The notes: generated by a model from the sequence alone, not told the origin. A stretch of DNA of 64,000 nt from Eledone cirrhosa (GCA_964016885.1 OZ024742.1:213156001-213220000), one strand, 5' to 3'; positions 38,270 through 54,060 are shown, counted from the first letter of the stretch. A program made the numbers and translations.

Positions 38270-38830
38270 TAAACATAAGGAACACCAGTGGAACACTCCA
38301 ATAAAAACAGCAATCCAGTATAGACACACTAGAATACATGTTATTCACTGGGGCAGGGAACAAACGTTATACACTGCTGAGAGGCCACCTACCCGGCAGA
38401 CATGAACATATAATCTAAGGTTGAGAAAGAAAGATAGCATCTATGGTGAACTAATGCTGAACTTACAGCGTTTGTATCCTGGCAATAGACTCACATTTGT
38501 ACCTATTATCATATATGCAATGGGATATGTAATTACGGATTTGTTTTTTTAAAATAGCTAGAAATGCTGTGATTTTCAAAGAAAAAAACAAAACAAACGG
38601 ACTAACATCCGCCAAATTCAATCAATTAGTGGTACAGTGAAGATTTACAAGACATTTAAAAGATTCTCGATTTGTGGTTCCTGTAATGAACATATGTATC
38701 AAACCAGTTAGATATAGATACAAACATTTATACATACATACATAAATACATAGATTCATAGAGACATAGATACACACACACATACATACATACATACATG
38801 CTTGCATACATACATGCATACATACAAATG
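38270..38830 (+). mobile_element. Older, divergent R4/Dong-like 3' fragment followed by (CATA)n
   Basis: Similar to 35240-35620 (CCAGTGGAACACTCCAATAAAAAC; GAACTAATGCTGAACTTACAG; GTACCTATTATC...GGGATATGT; AATTAGTGGTACAGTGAAGATTT). Confidence 0.55.
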
Positions 38831-39104
38831 TGCGTTAAAACTCATGAATTCATGGATAAATTCGAGTCAACGAGGGAGCTTCTATGTAGCTAATCAAACT
38901 ACTAAACTTAGCAGCTAAATGTATCCCGGAACTCACCTTAATCACGAGAAAAATTAGATAACGTGGATCTAGGTTCTGAGCATATAAACTACAAGATATT
39001 TACGGCTGCAATGCCTTCCATTATAGATCTCTTGGATAAGGGCTGATATTGAACTTCACAACAGCTACATATTTGCATATAAATATGTGTGAATGATTGC
39101 ATGC

Positions 39105-39511
39105 ATCTATCTATCTTCCGGCAAACAACTGGTTCTTTTTTTCAAATACCACTTTGGAAGAAGAATCAGGATGGAGAGAGAGGTGCTGCACCCCAGCAAG
39201 TTTTATGAAAGGTGGGTGAAAGTGGCGAGAATGGCCCGAGTGAATGGGTCTTCTCTCTATATCAGCCTGTAGGTTGAGGAAAAGGAGGAGGAGAGGAAAG
39301 GAGTACAAACTCTTCGTACTCCTGGAGTTGAGGGTTGCACATTTTTTCGGGGGTATGTGTTACCCATATGAACTGTCTCCCCCTATTGGGGAAAATCGAC
39401 TAACTTTTTTAATTGCATTTGTGATAACATTTTACACGTTTTTATTGTATGTAAACATCGCCCTTTGTATTTGTCCCCTTCTTTTGTGCCCCTGTGGCTA
39501 ATAAAGAAACA

Positions 39512-39564
<53 letters not shown>

Positions 39565-40070
39565 CGTTTTTTCAAATATCATTTTGGAAGAAGAATCAGG
39601 ATGGAGAGAGAGGTGCTGTACCCCAGCAAATTTTATAAAAGGTGGGTGAATGTGGCAAAGATGGCCCGAGTGGTTGGGCCTTCTCTATATATAAGCCTGT
39701 AGGTTGAGGAAAAAGATGAGAGGAAGGGAGTACTCACTCTTGGTGCTCCTGGCGATGAGGGTTGTACATTTTTTCGGGATGTGTACAACCCCTGTGTAAC
39801 GCCTCCCCCATATTGGGGATTTCAATTGTTATTTGTTATTTTATTAATAATTTTATTTTCATATACCTGTATGTAAACTCCCCATTTGTATTTGTCCCCT
39901 TCTTTTGTGTCCTTGTGGCTAATAAAGAAATTTATCTATCCATCTATCTATCTATCTATTTATCTAGCTATACCAACCAACCTACCTACCTTCCTCTCTC
40001 CCTCCCTCCCTATCTATCTATCTACCTATCTATTGATGCCCTGGTGGCAAATAAAAAGAAAGTTATCTAT
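39105..40070 (+). mobile_element. Second train of Tx1 3' ends in (TCTA)n (39117-39510, 39565-39930, tiny remnant about 40035-40060)
   Basis: Match 18896-19290. Each ends GTGGC(T/A)AATAAA(A)GAAA followed by TATC repeats. Confidence 0.9.
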
Positions 40071-40538
40071 CTATATATCTATCAACCTACCTATCTATTC
40101 ACCCGCAAACGCATGCAAAGACAGCTACATTCACACCCATCCAAGGAAGAGTCAACATTCTCTGACAGAATTCTCGCTCCCGTAAGGTTGAAAGGCAAAG
40201 GTAACCTCGGCGGGATTTGAACTCAGAAGCAAGACATTTAAATACACAGACAAAATAAAACATTGTTAATTTACATAATTCTACATGAATACTTGCACTT
40301 CTTTCTCCCCTCCCGACATATAACTCCTATAAGTTGATAGATAATTCAAGAAACTATGTGTCTATGACTGCTTATGAATCTCTTAGCCTCTGATGATATG
40401 TGTGTATATCCATATAGACACATAGAATAGATTCCTTCTTTCCCTCTCAAAGACACATGCACGCACATACACTTATACATGTATGCATATGTGCACGCAT
40501 ACACATATACACATATACAAATGTGTGTATACGTATGC

Positions 40539-40571
<33 letters not shown>

Positions 40572-40658
40572 TGTATGTATGTATGTATGTATGTATGTAT
40601 GTATGTATGTATGTATGTATGTATGTACGTACGTACATATGTATGTATGTTTGTATGT

Positions 40659-40691
<33 letters not shown>

Positions 40692-41024
40692 AATATATGT
40701 AGAAGTTCTATTTAAATTGTTGGGATACAACAAGCAAATATTTTTATAACTGATATAAAGCACTCAACAAATAATTGGAGTAAAAATACGATATTAACAA
40801 ATGGAAACTATATTTATAAAACTATATTTATTTCATTATACATATTTCAAGGACACCAAGTTAAATTATAAATATATATATATATGTATAATACTAATAC
40901 TATTTATAGTTATGTATATAGTATAAACAACTATAAACAGGAAGGTCAGTAATTTCCTATTACCTTATTACTAGTAAGAGAAATAGCTCAATGTATGAAC
41001 ATCAATTGTTTTACAGATCAGGAA

Positions 41025-44304
<3,280 letters not shown>

Positions 44305-44596
44305 CCCACCCATGGTGTATGAAATAGTAGAAGAGAGAGAAAGAGAGACGGAGAGATAGCTAAATAGAGGGAGAGTGTGAGATATTTTTTACTACTATGA
44401 CGACACTATAAAAGACTGTAAGCTTGCTGATAGGTCGACTAACAGACTTCTCACTAACATCTCTAAATCCATAAGCACAGAAAACCTTGAAAAATGATAT
44501 ACACTCAATAAAGCCGTGAAAAGCAATTAACGAGGAAAATCATACAACATAAGCAACAGGCGCAGCGAACATATATAAATATAAATATGCAAATAT

Positions 44597-45215
44597 ATAA
44601 TGGTTTCTAGTATAGGTACAAGCCGAGTAATTTGGGGGAGGGGAAAGTCGATGGTGCTTTATTTATCGACCTCGTAAGGATGAAAGACAAAGCTAACCTC
44701 GGCGGCATTTGAACTCAGACCGTAAAGGGCCGTAATTCTACGCTGCAAAGCATGGTGTCCGACTATTTACCGATACTGCCAATCCACCGCCATAATATGC
44801 AAATAAATAATGATTTCTGATACAGGCACCAACAATTTTTTGTGATGGAATGTCGATTAAATCAACCCCAGTGTGTTACTGGTAATTTATTTATCGACCC
44901 CATAAGAATGAAAGGCAAAGATAAGCTCAGCTGTATTTGAACACAGTATATAAAGAGTCGTAACTCTATGCTGCAAAGCATGATGTCCGAAGCTCTGCCG
45001 ATACTGCCAATCCACCACTTTCTATATGCAAGTAAATAATTGTTTCTACTTTTGGCACAAGGTCAGCTATTATCCCAATACATTACTGGTACTTTATTTT
45101 ATCGACTCCGTAAGGATGAAAGGCAAAAGTAACCTCGGCGGGATTTGAACTCAGAATGGTTTTTGAATTAGACTGAAGGCCAACAATTTTTGAGGAGGGG
45201 AGTCGATTAAATAGA
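44597..45215 (-). mobile_element. Train of SINE family A copies separated by a repeated target motif
   Basis: Copies at 44597-44792, 44806-45018 and 45036-45156 plus a remnant. ATATGCAA(A/G)TA(A/T)ATAA recurs between them. Confidence 0.85.
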
Positions 45216-46013
45216 CCCGCCCTCTATATGCAAATAAATAAAAATCTATCCATTCTTCCGTCCATCCAGCTATTTCTCCCTCCCTCCATCCATCCATCCA
45301 TCCATCCGTTCATCCAGTCACCTATGACTCCAGAAGGAGTCATACAAGCGTTGTCATGATATATGTCTTTGATATTTAAACTACTTGGAACCTATCCCGC
45401 TTTAGGTATGAACACACACGATTTCTTCGAGTAAAAAAAAAGGAGAGAGAGAAAGAGAGAGAGAGAGAGAGAAAGAGATAGATAGATAGATAGATAGAGA
45501 GAGAGAGTGTGTGTCTGAGAAAGAGAGAGAGGGTGTGTGTGTGTATGTGTGTGAAGAGAGAGAGAGAGTGGGGTACGTACCGGTTCAATATTCCTTGTCT
45601 GGCTTTCTGGAGAATAGAGGAAAGGTGTTTCCTCAAAAACCAGTATGACTCTAAAAACCGGTTTGTCTGTGTGTTTACATACAGAATAGCTGGATACTCA
45701 CAGTAAAGTAACCAGTGAAAGACTTGGTACATCTATATATGTATACGTGTGTGTATTCATATGCATACTAGTATTTCAGTATACATATATGGATGTACAT
45801 TTTTAACTTAATTGTTTAAGCGTCAGTCATACAAAAGTGAGTTACAAACGAAACGAAATTTAATTTCGTTTTGTTATTTGTTTTTATCGTCTCCGTTGAA
45901 CCGGTACGTACTCACACTCTATGCAAATTAGTCTGCCCACTACTAATTTTCATAGAAAAAGCATATAACGATATGTGCTTTTACGATTCTCCAGAAAGGC
46001 CGGTAGATAGGTA

Positions 46014-46058
46014 AATATTGCTGATGAGTTGTAACAACAACGAAACTAGTTCAATATT
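46014..46058 (+). ncRNA. Type I hammerhead ribozyme (unit 1/2 junction)
   Basis: AATATTG-CTGATGA-GTTGTAACAACAAC-GAAA-CTAG-TTC-AATATT. Stem I is extendable by ATTCTCCAGAAAG/CTTTCTGGAGAAT. Confidence 0.75.
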
Positions 46059-46479
46059 CCTTGTCTGGCTTTCTGGAGAATAGAGGAAAGGTGTTTCCTC
46101 AAAAACCAGTATGACTCTAAAAACCGGTTTGTCTGTGTGTTTACATACAGAATAGCTGGATACTCACAGTAAAGTAACCAGTGAAAGACTTGGTACATCT
46201 ATATATGTATACGTGTGTGTATTCATATGCATACTAGTATTTCAGTATACATATATGGATGTACATTTTTAACTTAATTGTTTAAGCGTCAGTCATACAA
46301 AAGTGAGTTACAAACGAAACGAAATTTAATTTCGTTTCGTTATTTGTTTTTATCGTCTCCGTTGAACCGGTACGTACTCACACTCTATGCAAATTAGTCT
46401 GCCCACTACTAATTTTCATAGAAAAAGCATATGACGATATGTGCTTTTACGATTCTCCAGAAAGGCCGGTAGATAGGTA

Positions 46480-46524
46480 AATATTGCTGATGAGTTGTAA
46501 CAACAACGAAACTAGTTCAATATT
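46480..46524 (+). ncRNA. Type I hammerhead ribozyme (unit 2/3 junction)
   Basis: Identical to 46014-46058, offset by 466 bp. Confidence 0.75.
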
Positions 46525-46745
46525 CCTTGTCTGGCTTTCTGGAGAATAGAGGAAAGGTGTTTCCTCAAAAACCAGTATGACTCTAAAAACCGGTTTGTCT
46601 GTGTGTTTACATACAGAATAGCTGGATACTCACAGTAAAGTAACCAGTGAAAGACTTGGTACATCTATATATGTATACGTGTCTGTATTCATATGCATAC
46701 TAGTATTTCAGTATACATATATGGATGTACATTTTTAACTTAATT

Positions 46746-46825
<80 letters not shown>

Positions 46826-46985
46826 AGTTTAATATAGAAATGGCTTCTACAGGATTAGAACTGTTTCATTCGAAAGAAATTACCAGAGCTTTCCTATAGA
46901 AGCCATTTCTATATATGATATTTACACTTTACTAATGTATTGAGTACCTTACTTACTGTGGTTACCCCTGATTGAACACGGGATT
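46826..46985. mobile_element. Small fold-back pLTR remnant related to 6325-6392
   Basis: ATATAGAAATGGCTTCTACAGGA/TCCTATAGAAGCCATTTCTATAT. The reverse complement matches GAATGAAACAGTTC..TCCTGTAGAA at 6347-6375. Confidence 0.5.
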
Positions 46986-47025
46986 AACACACACACGCGC
47001 GCACACACGCACACACACACACACA

Positions 47026-47123
<98 letters not shown>

Positions 47124-47345
47124 TTAATCGGGATGGATTCAGTTTGAAACGGGTTAGACCATTTCTCAACAGAGTATTCGATACTTGGGGTAGTAGAGTA
47201 TGGTTATATTATAAAGAGTCTGCCCAACGGCTGAGCTCATGCATTTTCAACATCTAGTTCTAGACTCTGTACATAGCTGTTATATATATACACACATACA
47301 GTTCAGTTGAATAGGAGGTTAACTATATGTACAAACATTGCTAGT

Positions 47346-47390
47346 GCTCCGATGATTCCAAACGAAAGTTTGGAAGAAACGATTTTCAGC
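47346..47390 (+). ncRNA. Hammerhead motif (CCGAUGA core) in a solo pLTR of the 41025-44205 family
   Basis: GCT-CCGATGA-TTCCAAACGAAAGTTTGGAA-GAAA-CGATT-TTC-AGC. Confidence 0.55.
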
Positions 47391-49017
47391 AATAAAATGA
47401 TTTGAACATAACTTTGATTATTGTGTAATTTATACACACATAGATATATACATATATATAACGCAACACACACAGACACATACACACACGCGCGCACACA
47501 CATACACACACATATATATATATACTACGAGAGTCGGGTGAAAAGGTTGACAACGTTACTCTCATGGAATGACCAAATAAAGTCCCTGGAAAGAAACAAT
47601 GCAGTTATTAATAAGAAAAGTTGAAATTAACGCATGCAAGATTTTACAGCTCTAGCATGCCTCCTTCATAGTCAGTTTATGAATTCTTCAGCCGATTTTC
47701 CTGTGTAAATATATATATATGTATATATATAACGAAGGAAATGTGGTAAGGAACCAGGTGGACCATAACGCACCAAAGTACTCAATACTTGAGGTAGTAG
47801 AGTGGGTAATAGGAACCAGTAAGACCCCGACAGCTGAGCTCAAGCCGTTTCGACGGCTAATTCTGGACTAAATGAAAATTTATCCTGGTATTTAAATAGC
47901 CGATCTTCTCAAGGGTTAATTCCATATATGGTCAAAGTGATTGTCAAAAATCAGTAGTAATTCTGTGGTTGCAAATTAGTAGGGGAGATGGTGGCTAAAC
48001 CTGCCAGTAGGAGAAAGAGGGGAAGGGGTGGAGTAGCCCCAATCAAGCGTTTGTAGTGCCAGCTACAGCTGGGCATGAGGTCAAAGAAGATACAGGGGAG
48101 GGGGAGGGGGAGGAAGTCGGAACGGTAGGTAGAACAATGGGGGGTAGAAATATATAGGAAAGAAAAAATACGTGTAAAGAAAAACAAATGAGTGTAAAGA
48201 AAAAAGTAAAGTAAATTAAATTCTACGACCTAGGTCTCTAGCTAATGTTAGTCTAGAATAAATAAATAAAGAAAGAAAGAAGTAAAAAAAAGAAATAAAG
48301 AAATAACGAAATAAGTAAAAGAACTAGGTGGGACGGATTAGGCGAGGACCCTTTTAAGAGGTATAAGTACGTAAATGATACGGTGACGGGTCAACAAAAG
48401 GGGCCAAAATACTAAAGAGACTACCACGAAATAAACAATAAAGGTTTCCATCCCGGGCACAATTCCAGCAACCACCCAGTGCCGCAAAGTGAACTAATAC
48501 GAGATAATAATTCTGAGTCCCGGGAAAAATATATACTAATGCTAACTCTAAAAGATCTAAAACAAGCTACATGAAAGTTCGTACGAAGTAAAGGTAGAAT
48601 ACGGAAGAATAAATTCAGAATCCACCCCGCCCAAAAGAAAAGCGAAGAAAGAAATACTGAAACGAAAAAATAAGGCATAAGTGCCACTAAGAAATATAGA
48701 GGGCACAGAGAATGGTGGGAGCGGTCGGAAAAAGGGGACAAGTATCCGGGGTCTAAACCAACTGCTATAAAGGGCGGAGTCCGCCAAATCTATCCTAGAC
48801 TAGGGGAGGGGGTGGGGGTACTAAGGCTACAAGGGGCCAAAGGGCAGCCTCGGGTGGGCGAGAAAAGACGCCGACAAAGGAGAAGAGCTGGGGTAGAAGG
48901 ACTAAGGAGAGAGGGGGGAAGGAAGGAAATAAAGGAAGCGATAAAAGAATACAAAGAAGATCTTACGTCTCCCTTGGCAAGCAGGGGTTACCCATTGCAA
49001 AGTCGGCAAGTGGGGTG

Positions 49018-50420
49018 TTATAGCCCTAGTCTACCCCCCCCCCCCGGGTCATTATGGGGTTTGAGGGCGAGGTAAGTCCTACGCAATCTATGTTTACATG
49101 CAGTAACCAGTTCATCTTTCTTGTTTAGGAGTTGGTCCGTCGAAAACAGCATTTGTAAAGTTTCCTCCGAGCATAAATTGCACGGACGGCGTCCTCCCGT
49201 GTAAGAATTGGCTCTGGACAGTAATCTCCAAGTGAGATCATAGGTGATGTTGTTGTCCTTGAGGTCCCATATGTGGCCCGAAAGTGTAGTGGCGTGACGC
49301 CGGGCCGGGTTTCGGAAGGTATGTCTATGTTGGTATAGCCGGGTCTTGAAGTCACATGCGGTAAGTCCTATATAGGCTTTGTTGGAGGTATCCGTCCTCA
49401 CGTTGCACTGGTAGATCACATTACGGTCTCTGCATCTATTGTCGAGTGGGCAAATAGATCTATCCGGGCAGTTACACCTCCTGGTCGGTTCTCCACTGCT
49501 ATTTAGGTTATTTCTGCCATCGGGGTTGAGTTTTTTGTTGTTAGAGGAGACGATGTTTTGTGCGAAGTTTGGTGTAGTGCTGTAAGAGAGTTTGATGGTA
49601 TTTTTGTTAATTATGTTGTGGTAGCGGTGTTGTAATGGGAAGTATTTTTCAATGAGCCTAAAGAATAGTTTCCCGATGGGAGTTGTCACCTCTGCGTTGT
49701 GGGGAGGATTGAACCATGTTACATTGCGTGAGCGGCGGTGTCTCCTGCTGGTTCCGCTAATGGGAGCTGGACAGTAGGATATTTCCTCCCGGAAACCACT
49801 CCGCTTGAGGGCCTGGTTGTAATAAGGCGCATGTTCATCGAATATCCGCTCATTAGCTGACAAACGGGATATGCGGAGGGAGATGTTTTTGACCAGGTTG
49901 TTTGTGATGTTCCTAGGATGGTTTGATCGGCGGTGGATGTAGTGCAGATTGTCATTAGGTTTCCTGTATGGGTAGTACAGGTCGTTTTCGAGGTCGAGGG
50001 TCACGTCCAGGAAGTTTACTCTGATCAGGGACGTTTGTAGGGTTATTTTAAATCCCCAGTCGCGGAAGAATCTGATTAATTGTTTCCGGACCCGATCTGT
50101 ACTACTGGGGTTGTACCCTTTAAGGGTAAGGAGCCCATCATCACGGTACAATCCACCACCGAAAGCAGGAAACATATCAGTGAGTTTGGCTATTAGGAAT
50201 AATCCTATAAGATCTGTGACCTCCGCCGAATCCGTGGCGCCCATGCTGACGTCGAAGGGTGAGTCGGGAGCTCTTTTTATCCATTTAGAGTCGTCAAAGA
50301 GTAAGACTGTCTTCCTGGCGTGGAGGATGATTTTTCTTTCCTGGTCGGTGATGGGCACAAGTGTTTCGGTGAAGTCCAAGGCGGCAGTAAGTAGCGGTAA
50401 GGTGATTGAAGCATAGTAGC
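49018..50420 (-). CDS. Penelope-like polyprotein, N-terminally truncated (RT palm/thumb + Zn linker + GIY-YIG endonuclease)
   Basis: YYASIT..., FDVSMGA, GLYRDD, VNFLDV, SNHP, WFNPP, CNCPDRSICPLDNRC, VIYQC...YIGLTACDFKTRLYQH, CNLCSEE, LLNKKDE..CKH. Open for more than 450 codons. Confidence 0.88.
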
Positions 50421-51743
50421 TCTAATGGTAACCCCTGCTTGCCAAGGGAGACGTAAGATCTTCTTTGTATTCTTTTATCGCTTCCTTTATTTCCTTCCTT
50501 CCCCCCCTCTCTCCTTAGTCCTTCTACCCCAGCTCTTCTCCTTTGTTGGCGTCTTTTCTCGCCCACCCGAGGCTGCCCTTTGGCCCCTTGTAGCCTTAGT
50601 ACCCCCACCCCCTCCCCTAGTCTAGGATAGATTTGGCGGACTCCGCCCTTTAGTAGCTCTAATGGGTAACCCCTGCTTGCCAAGGGAGACGTAAGATCTT
50701 CTTTGTATTCTTTTATCGCTTCCTTTATTTCCTTCCTTCCCCCCTCTCTCCTTAGTCCTTCTACCCCAGCTCTTCTCCTTTGTCGGCGTCTTTTCTCGCC
50801 CACCCGAGGCTGCCCTTTGGCCCCTTGTAGCCTTAGTACCCCCACCCCCTCCCCTAGTCTAGGATAGATTTGGCGGACTCCGCCCTTTATAGCAGTTGGT
50901 TTAGACCCCGGATACTTGTCCCCTTTTTCCGACCGCTCCCACCATTCTCTGTGCCCTCTATATTTCTTAGTGGCACTTATGCCTTATTTTTTCGTTTCAG
51001 TATTTCTTTCTTCGCTTTTCTTTTGGGCGGGGTGGATTCTGAATTTATTCTTCCGTATTCTACCTTTACTTCGTACGAACTTTCATGTAGCTTGTTTTAG
51101 ATCTTTTAGAGTTAGCATTAGTATATACTTTTCCCGGGACTCAGAATTATTATCTCGTATTAGTTCACTTTGCGGCACTGGGTGGTTGCTGGAATTGTGC
51201 CCGGGATGGAAACCTTTATTGTTTATTTCGTGGTAGTCTCTTTAGTATTTTGGCCCCTTTTGTTGACCCGTCACCGTATCATTTACGTACTTATACCTCT
51301 TAAAAGGGTCCTCGCCTAATCTGCCCACCTAGTTCTTTTACTTATTTCGTTATTTCTTTATTTCTTTTTTTTTACTTCTTTCTTTCTTTATTTATTTATT
51401 TATTCTAGACTAGCATTAGCTAGAGACCTAGGTCGTAGAATTTAATTTACTTTACTTTTTTCTTTACACTCATTTGTTTTTCTTTACACGTATTTTTTCT
51501 TTCCTATATATTTCTACCCCCCATTGTTCTACCTACCGTTCCGACTTCCTCCCCCTCCCCCTCCCCTGTATCTTCTTTGACCTCATGCCCAGCTGTAGCT
51601 GGCACTACAAACGCTTGATTGGGGCTACTCCACCCCTTCCCCTCTTTCTCCTACTGGCAGGTTTAGCCACCATCTCCCCTACTAATTTGCAACCACAGAA
51701 TTACTACTGATTTTTGACAATCACTTTGACCATATATGGAATT

Positions 51744-51837
51744 ACCCCTTGAGAAGACCGGCTATTTAAATACCAGGATAAATTTTCATTTAGTCCAGAA
51801 TTAGCCGTCGAAACGGCTTGAGCTCAGCTGTCGGGGT
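51744..51837 (+). ncRNA. Type I hammerhead with U3-A8 covariant core and long stem II (mirror copy at 47824-47916, minus)
   Basis: ACCCC-TTGAGAA-GACCGGCTA...TAGCCGTC-GAAA-CGGC-TTGAGCTCA-GCTG-TC-GGGGT. Confidence 0.55.
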
Positions 51838-51847
51838 CTTACTGGTT

Positions 51848-51892
<45 letters not shown>

Positions 51893-51896
<4 letters not shown>

Positions 51897-52114
51897 CGTT
51901 TCTGAATTTGTTTAGCAAGATTCTTTATCTGAAAACGTGTGTTGAAACCGATATTGTTATGCTTTGGGAGGGTCATGTTGCCAATAAGAAACACACCAAC
52001 CAACCGGAAATTTATAAATTCTTAGATTTATAAATTTAATTTATAATAAATTGGAGTGAAAGCAACTGGTGGGTGTGTTTCTTATTGGCAACATGACCCT
52101 CCCAAAGCATAACA

Positions 52115-52118
<4 letters not shown>
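51893..52118. mobile_element. Mini fold-back pLTR element in (TA)n (family of 9995-10460)
   Basis: Arms 51951-51998/52072-52118 and a one-sided tail 51893-51950. Confidence 0.75.
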
Positions 52119-52203
<85 letters not shown>

Positions 52204-53105
52204 TATATATATGTATATGTGTGTGTGTACATGTATATGTTTGTATGTATATGTATGTGTATATATGTATGTGTGTATGTATGTATGAATGCATAACCCG
52301 AAATATAATGAGTTCAGTGTATGTTCAATATTCATTCGACGCATGCTGTTGTCATAGCAGATTCAGTAGTCTTGATACACGATGTCGAACTCCTAACCTC
52401 ACTGAATAGCCTGGCCAACATGACACCACAAGTATGTCAGAGTTCCCACCATAGATATGTTGTACAAAGAAAAAAACTTCGACCGTATTACCTTATTGAC
52501 GGTAACTTAACAAAACTCGGATTCTTATAAATTGATTTTATGTCGACTGCTGGCGCCTCTGGAAACAATTCAAGTATTGACCCCATTTCAGTTATGAGCT
52601 GAATGTAAACAGAACCAAAGAATTGTTACTATTCCTCTTATATAACTAATAAGAACAACCACAAGCTAATATGATTGCTTTAATAGCTAGAAATAACAAC
52701 CAAGACTTCCTCAAATAACTTAAAAGGAAACAAAGACATTGAATACTGTGATTCTATATATTATCTCTGATGAAGAAAAGACTGGGTGATTACAGATGGA
52801 ATGTCTTTGATAACGCACACATACACACGCATTTATGTATGTATGTATGATTGTATGTATGGTTGTATGTTTGTATGTATGAATGTATGTATGTAGGTAT
52901 GTGTGTATGTATGAATGTATGTATTCAAGTATGTATGTATGCATGTATGTATGATTGTATGTATGTATATATATGTGTGTGTGTGTATGTGTATATGTAT
53001 GTGTGTATATATGTATGTATATTCGTACTATGTACCGGTGTATGTATGTATGTATGTATGTATGTATGTATGTATGTATGTATGTATGTATGTATGTATG
53101 TATGT

Positions 53106-53706
53106 CAGGTCACCAGTTGGTGCTACTGGTGACATGTATCCCAGTACAACCTGTCTCATGGTCGGGTCGTTGGCGACTAAATTGGCAACCCCACCAAGGT
53201 TTCTTGGTGAGGAGGTTGACTTTGGACATCCTGCAGGATTAAAAACAAAACCTGACAAAGGGCAAAGGAGCTCTTAAGAGTCAATGGCCATCCAAAATCA
53301 CCGGGAGAGATGACGCCTTAGCCTTTGTCAAGGCAGAATTCTAGGAGAAGGAAAACTCTGCAACCCTGATGGTATCCAATGATGTTGACCTGTTCTTCCT
53401 TTTGGTAAATATCATCTTGGTTAAGAGAGTGGGACTGGCTTTGTGCAGTGCCTTTGCTCACTATAAGAGCTTCACGGCACAGGCATTGCTTTATATCTGG
53501 AGATCTCTCTGCACTTGTCATCACATGGTAGCATGGGCCCAGCACTATGTGTCAATAATTGTCACAGGTGTAGTGTTTGTACCAGAGTTTTCAAGTCTAA
53601 AAAGTCACACTCGTTCAGCGCATCGGTCGGGGTTCTCCTACATGGATATAAAGTAGTGGCCGTACTCGAAAACGAGCTGGCAGCCACCATGTATGTATGT
53701 ATGTAT
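53106..53706 (+). mobile_element. RTE-derived non-autonomous element with (TATG)n on both sides
   Basis: 5' part shared with 55931 and 56540. The 3' part encodes a remnant C2H2-like CSVCTRVFKSKKSHTRSAH and ends ACTCGAAAACGAG..GCAGCCACC(ATGT)n. Confidence 0.6.
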
Positions 53707-54060
53707 GCAAACCAACAAGGGGGATTTCTGAATTCTTGCCCCTTCTCTTTTTCAGTTGCAAGCATCTCCGCCACGGGACGGCCAGAAAGCTACATGATAC
53801 GCAAGCCACTGGAAGCGAAGGACCCCGAGCTGTTGTTACGGCATTCTTCTAAGGAAGGGAAACTCTGAAGTGAAACCTGCCGTTTACGTGATTACTGTTC
53901 AACTTTCTTAGGTTTGTCTTAATATAATAACCACCGAGACTTAGAGAGTGGCACACGTGTTCTATCAGCGTTTGTCACTATAATCCATGACGTACAGATG
54001 ACACTTTTGTGATCTTCTCATCAATCATTCCGATGTAGAAAACAACTCTGAAGTCTTGGC

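Larger units (their letters stand above)
45587..46750 (+). repeat. 466-bp tandem repeat (2.5 units), retrozyme/Penelope pLTR-like
   Basis: Units start at 45587, 46053 and 46519 (AATATTCCTTGTCTGGC) and are nearly identical. The array ends in (TA)n. Confidence 0.92.
47731..51850 (-). mobile_element. Young Penelope-like element with about 1.19-kb inverted arms, inserted in (TA)n
   Basis: Arms 47811-48996/50661-51850 (identical ORF-track peptides on opposite strands), one-sided tail 47731-47810, internal RT+GIY-YIG ORF. Confidence 0.92.

Noticed and set aside
45587-46750. CRISPR-like or satellite interpretation of repeats in the window
   Set aside because: Eukaryotic context with no repeat-spacer structure or cas genes. 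Units are full-length duplicates.
47951-51710. Identical ORF pairs on opposite strands (MADSALY..., MSPFSDR..., MFFFTRI...)
   Set aside because: A consequence of the inverted repeat of a non-coding UTR.
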